Shown: piece by piece, positions 10,947-20,094 of the stretch
Layout: each line of letters starts with the position of its first letter
Numbering within the stretch: the stretch's first letter is position 1
Source: an uncultured Chloroflexia bacterium
Lineage (GTDB): Bacteria; Chloroflexota; Ktedonobacteria; Ktedonobacterales; JADMIN01
NCBI GenBank assembly: GCA_963718915.1
Contig: CAVRAI010000014.1
Span: 120,001 to 152,000, forward strand
Direction: 5' to 3'
DNA length: 32,000 bases
The notes under the pieces: model-generated
What the model was told of the DNA's origin: nothing
Seen by the model: the letters and a program-made list of their open reading frames with translations, nothing else
The model's database searches: none
Made by a program: the position numbers and the translations under genes

Positions 10947-11585
10947 CTATAAACTGGGCTGCTTCTCCTGCACGATCTTCTTCTGCAGCGCCTTCAGGTA
11001 GGATTCCGCGCTGTCAATATCGGCGTTAGCGTATTTCTCAAGGCTGGTTGGCAACTGGGTCACGGTGTCGCGCCACTGGCCGACCATCTGCTCCATACCG
11101 TCGAGCGGGCCGATATGCACATTGACCTTCGCCAGGTTGTCCTTGGCCGACTGGAGCGCGTTGTAGAGCACGTCGAGCGCGCCACCTTCGATGGTGGTCA
11201 TCAGGCGCGAGAGCGGCAGCACGATGTACTTGACCGCCAGCCGCGTCAGCTCCGCCGTCGCGATGGCGCCGTCAATGGTCAGCCCCTCGATCTGGGAGAG
11301 TTCATCCAGAATCGCTTTACGTCCGCTATCCACGCCAGCGCCGAAGGCATCCTGCACCTCGGCCTGAGTAAACTCGCCCATCTTCTTGAGGGCGGTTGGG
11401 GCCAGCTCGACACCCGCCACACAGGCGCCGACGCCCACCCCCGCGAGCAGCGCGCGGCGCGCAATCTTGCCGCCCGATCCAGGCTTCTTCTGGCCCGTGG
11501 GAGGGATCGTGGGCGCGGTCATACCCGGGGCGGTCGTCTGGGTGTTGGCTGGAGTCGTCTGGTACGGATTGCCTGGCTGTGACAC
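10947..11585 (-). CDS. Hypothetical exported protein with a twin-arginine (Tat)-like signal
   Basis: 212-aa ORF. Low-complexity N-terminus, then ARRALLAGVGVGACVAGV (RR motif plus hydrophobic h-region). Remainder is helical, with no motif I recognise. GTG start at 11585. Confidence 0.6.
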   Translation of the reverse strand: MSQPGNPYQTTPANTQTTAPGMTAPTIPPTGQKKPGSGGKIARRALLAGVGVGACVAGVELAPTALKKMGEFTQAEVQDAFGAGVDSGRKAILDELSQIEGLTIDGAIATAELTRLAVKYIVLPLSRLMTTIEGGALDVLYNALQSAKDNLAKVNVHIGPLDGMEQMVGQWRDTVTQLPTSLEKYANADIDSAESYLKALQKKIVQEKQPSL

Positions 11586-11707
11586 GTTGAACCTGCTCTC
11601 TTCTGAATTTGCCTCTAGTGACTATTGACGATAATAGCATTGTGCGGCCGCTTCTGTTATACGCGGAAAGGCCGCCGAAAGTTTGTGAACTACTGCACCG
11701 GATGCGC

Positions 11708-13363
11708 CTAATGCCGGAAATGGCGCTGACCGGTGAAGATCATCGCGATGCCCGATTTGTTCGCCGCCTTAATCGCTTCGCCGTCACGAATGGAACCACC
11801 CGGCTGAATGATGGCTGTCACCCCAGCCTTTGCCGCTGTCTCCACGCCGTCAGCAAATGGGAAATACGCATCTGACGCGAGTACACTGCCGCGTGCGCGG
11901 TCGCCTGCGCGATCAGCCGCGATCTGCACGGGGTAGACGCGATTCATCTGGCCAGCGCCCACGCCCACCACCATCAGCTTGTGCGCCAGCACAATCGCGT
12001 TGGACTTCACCTGCTGTACCACCTTCCAGGCGAAGAGCAGATCGGTCACCTCTTCGAGCGTCGGCTCGCGCTCCGAGACGACCCTCCGCGGAATATCGCT
12101 CTCGGAAATCATGTCCGCCGACTGAAGCAGTAGGCCGCCGCTTACCCGCCGCACATCCAGTTGATAGGGGTCGTGCGTATCAGTCTTGACGAACTGCGGG
12201 CCAATCGGAGTGTCGGTGGTCAGCAGGCGCAGATTTTTCTTCGCCGCCAGCACCGCCAGCGCTTCGGGCGAATAGCCGGGCGCGATGATGGCCTCGTAGA
12301 AGATCTGACTCAGCTCGCGCGCGGTCTCTTCATCAACCTCACGATTGAAGCCGAGTATACCACCATAGGCCGAGACGGGATCACCCGCGTGGGCGCGGCG
12401 ATAGCTCTCGACCAGCGAATCTCCGCACGCCAGGCCGCAGGGATTGGTGTGTTTCACCACCACAGCGGTCGGCGGCTTGAAGCTGGCGACGGCATTCAGC
12501 GCGGCATCCAGATCGAGCAGGTTGTTGAAGCCAAGCTCCTTGCCCTGCAACTGCCGCGCCCCCGCAACCGATGGCGGGATTGGGTGCGCCGCCGCGTTGT
12601 TTTCTCCAGTGTTGCCTGTGGCGATACCCGCCGCGCCATCAGCGGATGCGCCGGCGCGCTCGTCCAGCCCGGCGGGCGTGCCACCCCAGGCGTAGAGCGC
12701 CGCCTGCTGGTGTGGGTTCTCGCCATATTTCAGCCGCACCAGTCGATGCAGGCCGAGCGTCAACTCTTCGGGGAATAGTTCGTCGGACGTCCCACGCCGC
12801 ATATATTCGGCGATGGCGGTGTCGTAGAGCGCGGTATGCTGGAAGGCGATGGCGGCCAGCTTGCGGCGCGTCTCCGCGCTGGCGGCGCCCTGTGTCTGGA
12901 TCTCTTCGAGAACCACGGCGTAGTCCTCAGGCCGCACGACCACCGTGACTGATGGAAAGTTCTTTGCCGCCGCGCGTAAGAGTGTGACTCCGCCAATATC
13001 AATCTCTTCCAGTGCGGTCTCGAGCGTCACATCCGGCTGCGCGACGGCCTCTGAGAAGGGGTAGAGATTGCAGACCACTAGATCAATCGGGGTGATGTGG
13101 TGCTCCTCCAGCTCCGCCATGTGCGTATCGCGGTCGCGGCGGGCCAGGATGCCGCCATGCACCGCCGGGTGCAGCGTCTTGACGCGCCCTTCGAGGATTT
13201 CGGGAAAGCCCGTCATCTCGCTGATCGAGTGGACGGGCACGCTCGCCTCCGCCAGCGCATGCGCGGTCTTCCCCGTGGAATAGATTTCGACGTTTAGTGC
13301 GCTCAATCCCTGCGCGAATGCGACGACTCCCGTCTTATCGTAGACACTGATGATTGCGCGCAT
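11708..13363 (-). CDS. purH: Bifunctional AICAR formyltransferase / IMP cyclohydrolase
   Basis: N-terminus MRAIISVYDKTGVVAFAQGL...YSTGKTA...KTLHPAVHGGIL (MGS-like IMPCH domain). C-terminal AICARFT motifs (VVVKHTNPCG, AIIQPGGSIRD, MIFTGQRHFRH). AAGGAG SD 6 nt upstream of the ATG. Contains a Gly/Ala-rich insertion at aa ~228-262. Confidence 0.95.
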   Translation of the reverse strand: MRAIISVYDKTGVVAFAQGLSALNVEIYSTGKTAHALAEASVPVHSISEMTGFPEILEGRVKTLHPAVHGGILARRDRDTHMAELEEHHITPIDLVVCNLYPFSEAVAQPDVTLETALEEIDIGGVTLLRAAAKNFPSVTVVVRPEDYAVVLEEIQTQGAASAETRRKLAAIAFQHTALYDTAIAEYMRRGTSDELFPEELTLGLHRLVRLKYGENPHQQAALYAWGGTPAGLDERAGASADGAAGIATGNTGENNAAAHPIPPSVAGARQLQGKELGFNNLLDLDAALNAVASFKPPTAVVVKHTNPCGLACGDSLVESYRRAHAGDPVSAYGGILGFNREVDEETARELSQIFYEAIIAPGYSPEALAVLAAKKNLRLLTTDTPIGPQFVKTDTHDPYQLDVRRVSGGLLLQSADMISESDIPRRVVSEREPTLEEVTDLLFAWKVVQQVKSNAIVLAHKLMVVGVGAGQMNRVYPVQIAADRAGDRARGSVLASDAYFPFADGVETAAKAGVTAIIQPGGSIRDGEAIKAANKSGIAMIFTGQRHFRH

Positions 13364-13397
13364 GCGTCTTCTCCTTATTTCCGGCAGATCAGAGAGG

Positions 13398-13973
13398 TCA
13401 CAGCCCAGCCATCACCGCCTTACAAATCGCCCGGAGCGTGGGGAAAACGCCCTCGCCAGTCACCGCGGCCGCGGGGAAAGCGGGCACACGCCGCCGATTG
13501 AGATACCGTTCCAGTGTAGCCTCAGGAACGGCGTTGGGCAAGTCGCGTTTGTTCCATTGCATCACGAAGGGGTACCGGCTCAGGTCATTGCCCATCCGTC
13601 GCATGTTGGTTTCCAGTTCGATCAGGCTCTGGAAGTTCTCTTCCAGTTTCTCGGGGGAGGAGTCGGCGACATAGACGATGCCATCAGCCCCGTTCAGCAC
13701 GGCGACGCGCGTCCGCTCATAGAGCACCTGGCCAGGAACCGTATAGAGGTGGAAGCGTACCCGGAAGCCATGGATGTCGCCCAGGTCGAGCGGCAGAAAG
13801 TCGAAGAAGAGCGTGCGCTCGTTCTCGGTGGCTATCGAGAGCAGATCCCCTCTGGCAGGCTGTGGCGCATGAGAAAAGATGTATTGCAGATTGGTCGTCT
13901 TGCCGCAGTAGCCGGTGCCATAGTAGACAATCTTGCACTGAATCTCGCGGCTGGCAACGTTGATGAGGGCCAT
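13398..13973 (-). CDS. mglA: MglA-type Ras-like small GTPase
   Basis: Close match to MglA hallmarks: INVASREIQCKIVYYGTGYCGKTTNLQYIF, TLFFDFLPLDLG, RFHLYTVPGQV, DGIVYVADS, QWNKRD. Confidence 0.9.
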   Translation of the reverse strand: MALINVASREIQCKIVYYGTGYCGKTTNLQYIFSHAPQPARGDLLSIATENERTLFFDFLPLDLGDIHGFRVRFHLYTVPGQVLYERTRVAVLNGADGIVYVADSSPEKLEENFQSLIELETNMRRMGNDLSRYPFVMQWNKRDLPNAVPEATLERYLNRRRVPAFPAAAVTGEGVFPTLRAICKAVMAGL

Positions 13974-13987
13974 GATCCGCCTAACGC

Positions 13988-14482
13988 CTAATCTCGGAAC
14001 AGGTAATCGATGGTATTCTCAACCGAGCTACGGAACTGGACATTGACGACCTGTTCCTTTGCCTCGGCGCTGCCCGAAAGCACGAGGTCGAGCACGCGCT
14101 CCAGCTCGTCGCTGGCTCGGCGCGCCAGCACCTTCACCAGCCCAACGTGCGTCTGCTTGTCGAAGGCCACCACCAGCAGCCAGTGCTCGCGAATCAGGCT
14201 GGTATAGATGCTCTCATGCACGCCCTGTTGCAGAATCCCGCGGAAGTCGCGCTCACCCAGAATCTCGGCCACCTGGCGTGACGACGAGAATGCGCCCGCC
14301 AGCAGCGCCCCCAGCGCGACAATATCGCGCTCGCTGGATTGCTGTTGCGCCGCGATCACCTGCCCGCTCTTATCCAGCAGCAACACATGGCTAGCGCTGC
14401 TCTCCTGAGCCAGCCTTTCCAGCAGGCGCGTAATGGCCTCCATCTCGCCCGGCGAAACGACGATATTGGTGAGTTGCTCCAT
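13988..14482 (-). CDS. mglB: MglB-like Roadblock/LC7 domain protein (probable GAP partner of MglA)
   Basis: Immediately upstream of mglA on the same strand. Roadblock pattern VLLLDKSGQVIAAQ...ALGALLAGAFSSSRQVAEILGE.DF..ILQQG....IYTSLI....LLVVAFD...HVGLVKV. ATG at 14482 preceded by GGAGGG; the track GTG at 14524 is less likely. Confidence 0.75.
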   Translation of the reverse strand: MEQLTNIVVSPGEMEAITRLLERLAQESSASHVLLLDKSGQVIAAQQQSSERDIVALGALLAGAFSSSRQVAEILGERDFRGILQQGVHESIYTSLIREHWLLVVAFDKQTHVGLVKVLARRASDELERVLDLVLSGSAEAKEQVVNVQFRSSVENTIDYLFRD

Positions 14483-14579
14483 GCCGCCCTCCACAACGCG
14501 CACCTGTTCTGGCCAGTCGGCCACGCTGGCCCACCGACGCGGTCAATCCTCATCACACGAGATCACATGAGATGGCGTC

Positions 14580-14585
14580 ATTATA
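14580..14585 (-). promoter_or_regulatory. Candidate -10 box (perfect TATAAT) upstream of mglB-mglA
   Basis: Minus strand reads GGCCGTATAATGACGCC about 95 nt upstream of the mglB ATG. The -35 is weak (TAGCGG at 17-nt spacing). Confidence 0.3.
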
Positions 14586-14653
14586 CGGCCTGAATGCACA
14601 GACCGCTAGAACCGATAGTGATTTCGTTTGGAATATGGTGGATAGAAGGGCGT

Positions 14654-14940
14654 GCCGGAGCCTAAATGTCCCGGCGAATCAGGTGCTCTAACGGTGCTGC
14701 CGCCCATTCGCCGTAGCGTTATGTACTTTTACCATGTACGACGGACACGGGCATTGCGGTGGGGCGAGCAGGCCGGAGCGTGAACGCTCCGGCGAATGGG
14801 CTTGGGAGGCGGGAAATTCGCCGTAGCATTGATGCTACGGTCTGCCTCGCCTACCACGACGTAGGGTGTTCGGATGAAAAAGCGAAAGTACATTACGCTA
14901 CGGATTGCCTCACCCATCACGACGCGCGGTGTTCGGAATG
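14654..14940. repeat. REPIN-like composite of family-1 repeats: two ~95-bp units in inverted (head-to-head) orientation plus a tandem sub-unit
   Basis: Hairpins GCCGGAGCG-TGAA-CGCTCCGGC (14772-14793) and CCGTAGCAT-TG-ATGCTACGG (14821-14840). The reverse complement of 14706-14805 aligns with 14811-14905. A further sub-repeat ACGCTACGG..TGCCTC.CC.A.CACGACG...GGTGTTCGGA occurs twice (14834-14875 and 14895-14938). Confidence 0.8.
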
Positions 14941-14965
14941 ACGCCCGAAAATCTCCCGTGTTGGC

Positions 14966-15288
14966 TCATTCGTCAGTCGTGAGCTTTGCCCGGTAAAGTG
15001 TACTCACCAGCGGCAGATATTCCTGGTGGCGCCGGATATAGGCCGCCACGTATGGGCAAACGGGACTACTTCCAGTCCATCGGCGCGGGCGGCTTCGAGT
15101 GCGGTGCGCGCCAGCATGCCCGCGATGCCCCGGCCCTCCAGCGCGGGCGGCACCCTAGTGTGCAGAAAGACGATGCGCTTGTCCTGGCGCTGGTAGGTGA
15201 GCACGGCGACCTCGCCTTCGACATGCGCCTCGTATTGGTTTTCCGCTTTGTTATCAACTACAGCATACTCGTTGCGCTCATCGTCCAT
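14966..15288 (-). pseudogene. Small GNAT-fold acetyltransferase (YjdJ / Acetyltransf_CG-like), frameshifted near 15058-15062
   Basis: The track ORF (15004-15288) reads ...IVFLHTRVPPALEGRGIAGMLARTALEAARADGLEVVPFAHTWRPISG.... Shifting frame after VVP restores the family C-terminus CPYVAAYIRRHQEYLPLV, ending at TGA 14966-14968. The shift is at a TTT/AAA run. Confidence 0.75.
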
Positions 15289-15332
15289 GGTAGACGCTCC
15301 CGCTTCTTACGTATCTATACCTATCAGTAGCA

Positions 15333-15352
15333 TTGTATCTCACAGGATACAA
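15333..15352. promoter_or_regulatory. 20-bp palindrome TTGTATC-N6-GATACAA in the AT-rich divergent intergenic region (possible operator)
   Basis: Perfect 7-bp inverted repeat between the divergent GNAT (minus) and PRC-barrel (plus) genes. A third GTATC half-site is at 15311-15315. This is the most AT-rich patch of the window. Confidence 0.25.
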
Positions 15353-15497
15353 CTTCCTCCGCGAATGCGGCACGGTCGGTGGCGAGCGGCTCATGGCACA
15401 TATCCTGCACGCATTAAGTAGTCTCCTGTGGGAACGTACGCCCACAGCAACGAATGGCGCCAGGATGAGCGACTTAGCACAGGTTAAGGAGTAGAAC

Positions 15498-15821
15498 ATG
15501 GATCCCAATCGCGATATGTACAACGACCCTGGGCAGATACCTATCACGCCAGGTACGGGTGTCTTCGATGCGAACGGCGATAAAGTCGGTTCGGTGAGGC
15601 AGCACAATCCGCAGGCGAACTACCTGGTCGTGGAGAAAGGGACGCTTTTCAAGAAAGACCTCTATGTTCCAGTAAGCGCGATTAGCCGCACCACGACGGA
15701 TGGCATCCGGCTCAATCTGTTCAAGGACGACCTGAAGGCGGACCGCTTTACCGCGCCGCCTGCGGCAGACGCATCAGACATAGCTGCGGATCGCACCATG
15801 GACGACGATCTGATGCCATAA
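15498..15821 (+). CDS. Small PRC-barrel / DUF2171-like protein
   Basis: 107-aa ORF with AAGGAG SD 7 nt upstream of the ATG. Pattern G..V.DANGDKVGSV......ANYLVVEKG.LFKKDLYVPVSAI resembles PRC-barrel-type small proteins. Confidence 0.7.
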   Translation: MDPNRDMYNDPGQIPITPGTGVFDANGDKVGSVRQHNPQANYLVVEKGTLFKKDLYVPVSAISRTTTDGIRLNLFKDDLKADRFTAPPAADASDIAADRTMDDDLMP

Positions 15822-15837
15822 GACGGTTCGCGCCAAG

Positions 15838-15875
15838 AGCGTGGGCGTGTAGTCCGTGACGAGCACGCCCACGCG
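15838..15875. terminator. Stem-loop between convergent genes (12-bp perfect stem AGCGTGGGCGTG / CACGCCCACGCT, 14-nt loop)
   Basis: Begins 17 nt after the PRC-barrel stop and lies 60 nt beyond the stop of the convergent methyltransferase remnant. No U-tract on either strand, so terminator function is uncertain. Confidence 0.4.
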
Positions 15876-15935
15876 CTGGCAACCCATAGCTAGCACATAG
15901 CTTCACAAGCCTCCGCCGTTGCTGGTGGGGGCTTC

Positions 15936-18900
15936 TCATTGCGCCAGGGCGAGGGTGTTGGCTTTGATAGCCTGATAGTTGGCATCCAGCGCCGGGCCGA
16001 GCGCCAGGAGTGTCGCGATGCGCTGGACCATCTCGCCGACGTAGCCGACTTCTTCGCTCCGCAGCGGGCGCTTGAGCTTCTCGATATGGCGGTAGTCGAG
16101 CCACTTCTTGATGACGGGATAGCCGCCGATGGTGAAGGCCCAGACCTCCGGCGGCACGTTGTTCCAGGAGCCGACATCGTTCCACCAGATGCGGCCAGGG
16201 CGCGCGGCCTGTCCCTCAGTGATCGGCGGCTCGTATCTGCCGATGCCGCCATAGCGGACGGTGACGCGCAGATCGTCCTCGCTGAACTGCCCGCCATCGC
16301 TGCGGGTGGGAACGCCGAGCGCGCGTACATCGCTCCGATGGAGTGAATGCCACATCCGGGCGCAGCAGATCGCCCACCGTGCGCCCCAGCGCGGCGCTGG
16401 CCTCCAGCAGATCGCGCGTCGCGGGGATGGGGATGCGCGGCCAATCTTGCAAGAGGCTGCCTTCATTCTCGGTGGCATACTGCGGCGAGTATGTTGCCGC
16501 CAAAATATGGTAAAAGAGCGCCGTCGCAATCGCCGCGCGTTCCGCTGGTTCGCCCGACGCGCCAAACGCCCGTAGCAGCGCATTCAGCACCTCTTCGCGC
16601 ACATTCAGTTGCGGGCCATCTTCGCCGAAGAGTGACCGCTGCTCCGGCTTCACGTACAGTGGGAAGTACTGCGAATATGGGTCTTGCAGATGCCTTGCCC
16701 CAAACTTATCCGTCAAGGTAGGCAGGTTTATGCTGCGGCGTCCTTTGGTAGATACCGAGATGTACAGATTACCAGAGAATACCTGCTGGTAAAACTCGCT
16801 ACGTTTCTCATCGAGCAATTTGGTCGTTGGTTCCCAATACAGCCATCGATCATCAAATGGTCTATACGCAACTCGAATGATGTGTTCGTTACGAAATCCG
16901 CTCGTCTGTAAGAAGTTCTCTTCGTGTTGCCGCGGCATCGTACCTACTAGCGTCTTGCATAAGAGTGGGAACATATTGTGACAGCTTCAGCATTGGAAGC
17001 CGCGGCATCGAAGTACTTACGCATCCGCTGCTCTAAGTGGCTCGCGGTCAATCGCAACCAGATCGGGATCACGTCCGGTCTGAAATCCTGGGTACTGATA
17101 CACGAATAGCTCATCGATGGCTGGCCACGTCTCGTAGGCGCGTTCGATGCTGCCGGGCTTGAATATGAAACGGCTTGCCTCCGCTGGCCGCAATGGTTGA
17201 TAGTTCCCATCCAGCGTATTTGAGGGCAACAGGGATTCCCTGGCGAGTGTCGTTCGCTTCTCGTGGCCCTGTCCCCACAAGTTGCGGTAGAAGATATGTC
17301 GCTTGCTGCACGGGGGCGCCTGACTTGAGCATAGTCGTGATGCCGGTTGCAACCGTGATGCCTACCGAACCTTGCCCACCAACATACTCGAATGCACTCC
17401 GGTCGGGCTTGCCATCTGGTCCCCGACTGCCGTGGAACATCCCGCCACCGTTGAGATTATCGATCCAGATGCAGTCAAATGCCGTAAGCATCCGTTCGCG
17501 CATGACAGGCAGCGAGAGGCTATCGAGCCAGGCGTTGTTGCTGATGAGGCTGACGATGCCGCGCCCGGTCGTCTCGGCAATCTGGCGCTCGGCCAGCCGG
17601 AAGAAGCGCACATAGAGATCATTGATGCCGCGCGCTTGCACGTCGAACCGCTCTTTCAGCCCGACGTAGTACGGCGCGATCAGATCGCGCTCCTCGTCCT
17701 CGGCCACGCCCGCCTGCGCGCGATAGGGCGGATTGCCCAGCACCACCAGAATCTTCGCCCGCTGCTTCACCTCGGCGGCGGACTCGGCCTCGTGCTGCAG
17801 GGCGGGATACTCCGGCAGGACAAGCTGTTTCGCCTCCTCGACGCTCCAACCCGTCAGCGAATTGGTGAGATAGACGCCCGCGCGCTGCTTCTGCCCAAGC
17901 GCCGCGCCCTGTTCGGCCAGCAGCGTCGCGATCTGCAAATGCGCCACCACGAACGGCGCGGGCAGAATCTCGAAGCCAAAGACGCGCTGTGTCGCCGCCT
18001 CGCGCAGCTGGAGCGCACGCATGGCCTCCGCGCCCGACGCGCGCAAGGTCTGATCGATGACGCGCAAGACCTCCAGCAGATAGCCGCCTGTTCCGGTCGC
18101 CGGATCGAGCACCACCACCCGGCTATCCGCCAGACCCAGCGGCAGGTGTAGCTCCTCGCGCAGCAGACGGTCTACCCGCGCCACCTGATACGTGATGATC
18201 TCGCGCGGGGTGTACCAGACGCCCAACTGCTCGCGCAGCGTTGGGTCGTACGCCTCCAGGAAAGGCTCATAGAAGTAGTTGACCGCGTCGCCATGCGCGA
18301 ACGACGCCGCGAATGGCTCCCATTGCGTCCGGCGCAGCGTCGCCTCCGCCCATTCGAGCGGCTTGCGGATATCCAGCATCTCCAGCTGGTTGCCGATGGC
18401 GATCCGCTCGAAGAGCTCGCGCATGACCGGCAATCGCAGATAATCTCCCGCCGCGCGCCACGAAAACTCCTCGCTGCCCGCATCATTGCGGCGAAAAACG
18501 ACCCAGGCGCTAAACAGCCCGTAGAAGAGCGTTTGTACAAGCGAGGAGCGGAAGAAGTGCTCGCCTTGCTCATCGGTGAAGTGGAGGCCGAGCGCCTCCT
18601 TGAGCGCGAGACGGAGCGCGGCAAGCTGGTCGGTGGGCTGGTGTTCGAGCCGCCGGAGCGCCTCGCGGGCGTACCGCGCCAAGGCCTCAGCCAGATCCTT
18701 GGGGCGGATGATCTCCGCGTCCCAGGTAAAGACCGTCACCAGAAAATCGGCGATGCCCTGCTCGTGCCTGCGATTCAGCGCCGCTGGCGAGGTATTCCAG
18801 AAGTCCGCCTCGCTCGTCGCCAGGGAGTAGCGCATGATCTCGGCAACGTTTCCGGCGCGTCCGGGAGATACCAGCGCGAACTCGCGCAGATTCGTCACCA

Positions 18901-19210
18901 GGCAGAGGCCATAGTGGTTCGCGTATTGCCGCACCTGGTCGCTGGCAATAATGTCATCCAGCGCATAGGAAGCGGGCTTTGCCTCGATGGCCGCGCGTGT
19001 ATCGTGGGTGGTGTCGGCCTGAAGCACATAATCCGGGTGGCCGGCGCCCCGACTGGCAACATCGTGAATCGCGACCACCCGGGGCGATAGGGTCACGCCC
19101 ACGGCATCAAACAGGGCGGCGAGCGCAGGGTAGTAACTGCGTTCGTCGGTGGCAAGCCCACTCACATGGATACGCCGCATCTGGCTGAGGAAATCGTTGA
19201 GCATCGACAT
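15936..19210 (-). pseudogene. Type IIG / type ISP-like restriction-modification fusion (PD-ExK-like N-terminus, gamma-class N6-adenine DNA methyltransferase, C-terminal target-recognition domain), disrupted by at least 4 frame changes
   Basis: Motif I VVLDPATGTGGYLLEVL and motif IV VLGNPPYRA in the 722-aa ORF. N-terminal GAGHPDYVLQ-x13-AIEAKP. The protein continues across ORFs 17017-17352, 16947-17210, 16216-16974 and 15936-16583 (IFYRNLWGQ..., LEQRMRKYFD..., VAYRPFDDRWLYWEP..., VWAFTIGGYPVIKKWLDYR). Frame order on the minus strand is 1, 0, 2, 0, 2. Confidence 0.8.
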
Positions 19211-19306
19211 ATGCAGAGTATACACGTAGTCTGGCTGGTTGCCAAGGGCGACGACAGTACATATGTCTGGCCGACGCATGCGATGGCAACAATCAGCCGT
19301 CGCGCC

Positions 19307-20047
19307 TCATGACGAGTGGCGGCGAGCGAGCGGCTTTCTGCCCTCGTCAGGCAAGAGCACCTCGGTGCGGATCGCCGTGACCTGTGGCAGGGCGCGCAGC
19401 CGCTTGACCAACTCGACCATCTCGCCTGCCTGGTGGCGCATAAAGTGGAGTTCAATCGTGGCGCCGCGCTCGCTCTCGATGACGGTGATTTTTCGTGGAA
19501 CCAGGTGGAGTTCGCGATAGATCGTCCGAATGGGTTCCAGCGGGTCGCTATTGTCAGGCGCTGGATTCACTCTGAGGCGAATACGGCTCTGCTGATGATG
19601 TGGGAACAGCCACGCCTCTACCGGACGGAGCAGTTCGAGGACGGCCAGCGCCAGCACCGTCGCCCCGGCTGCCTCCACGAATAGCCCCAGGCCACAGGCC
19701 ATCCCGACTGCCGCGATGGCCCAGACGGCGGCGGCGGTGGTCAGCCCGCGCACGATCTGTTTGTGCAGGAGAATGGCGCCCGCGCCGAGGAAGCCGATGC
19801 CAGTGACAATCTGCGCGGCGATGCGCGAGGGATCGGTCCGGGCGTAGAGCACGCTGGTGAAGGCGACGAATCCATAGGCGGAGAGTATCGTGAACAACGC
19901 CGACCCCATCGATACCAGCGCCAGCGTTCGCATACCCGCAGCGCGCGGCGAAGTGCTGCGGTATTCGCGTTCCAGGCCGACGACAAGGCCCAGCGCCGCC
20001 GCGACGAACAGGCGTAGCAGAAAATCACCCGCCGTGAGCGCTATCAC
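19307..20047 (-). CDS. MgtC/SapB family membrane protein
   Basis: N-terminus LRLFVAAALGLVVGLEREYR plus 4-5 TM helices and a soluble ACT-like C-terminal domain. GTG start preceded by GAGGGTG. Confidence 0.82.
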   Translation of the reverse strand: MIALTAGDFLLRLFVAAALGLVVGLEREYRSTSPRAAGMRTLALVSMGSALFTILSAYGFVAFTSVLYARTDPSRIAAQIVTGIGFLGAGAILLHKQIVRGLTTAAAVWAIAAVGMACGLGLFVEAAGATVLALAVLELLRPVEAWLFPHHQQSRIRLRVNPAPDNSDPLEPIRTIYRELHLVPRKITVIESERGATIELHFMRHQAGEMVELVKRLRALPQVTAIRTEVLLPDEGRKPLARRHSS

Positions 20048-20094
20048 CGACTCACCCTCTAATTTCTATCCGGTGGCGCTGCCATAGTGACGGT

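Noticed and set aside
14654-14940. Possible CRISPR array, because of repeated hairpin-containing units.
   Set aside because: The units are in inverted as well as direct orientation, are only ~70-80% identical, and have no regular repeat-spacer periodicity. No cas genes are in the window.
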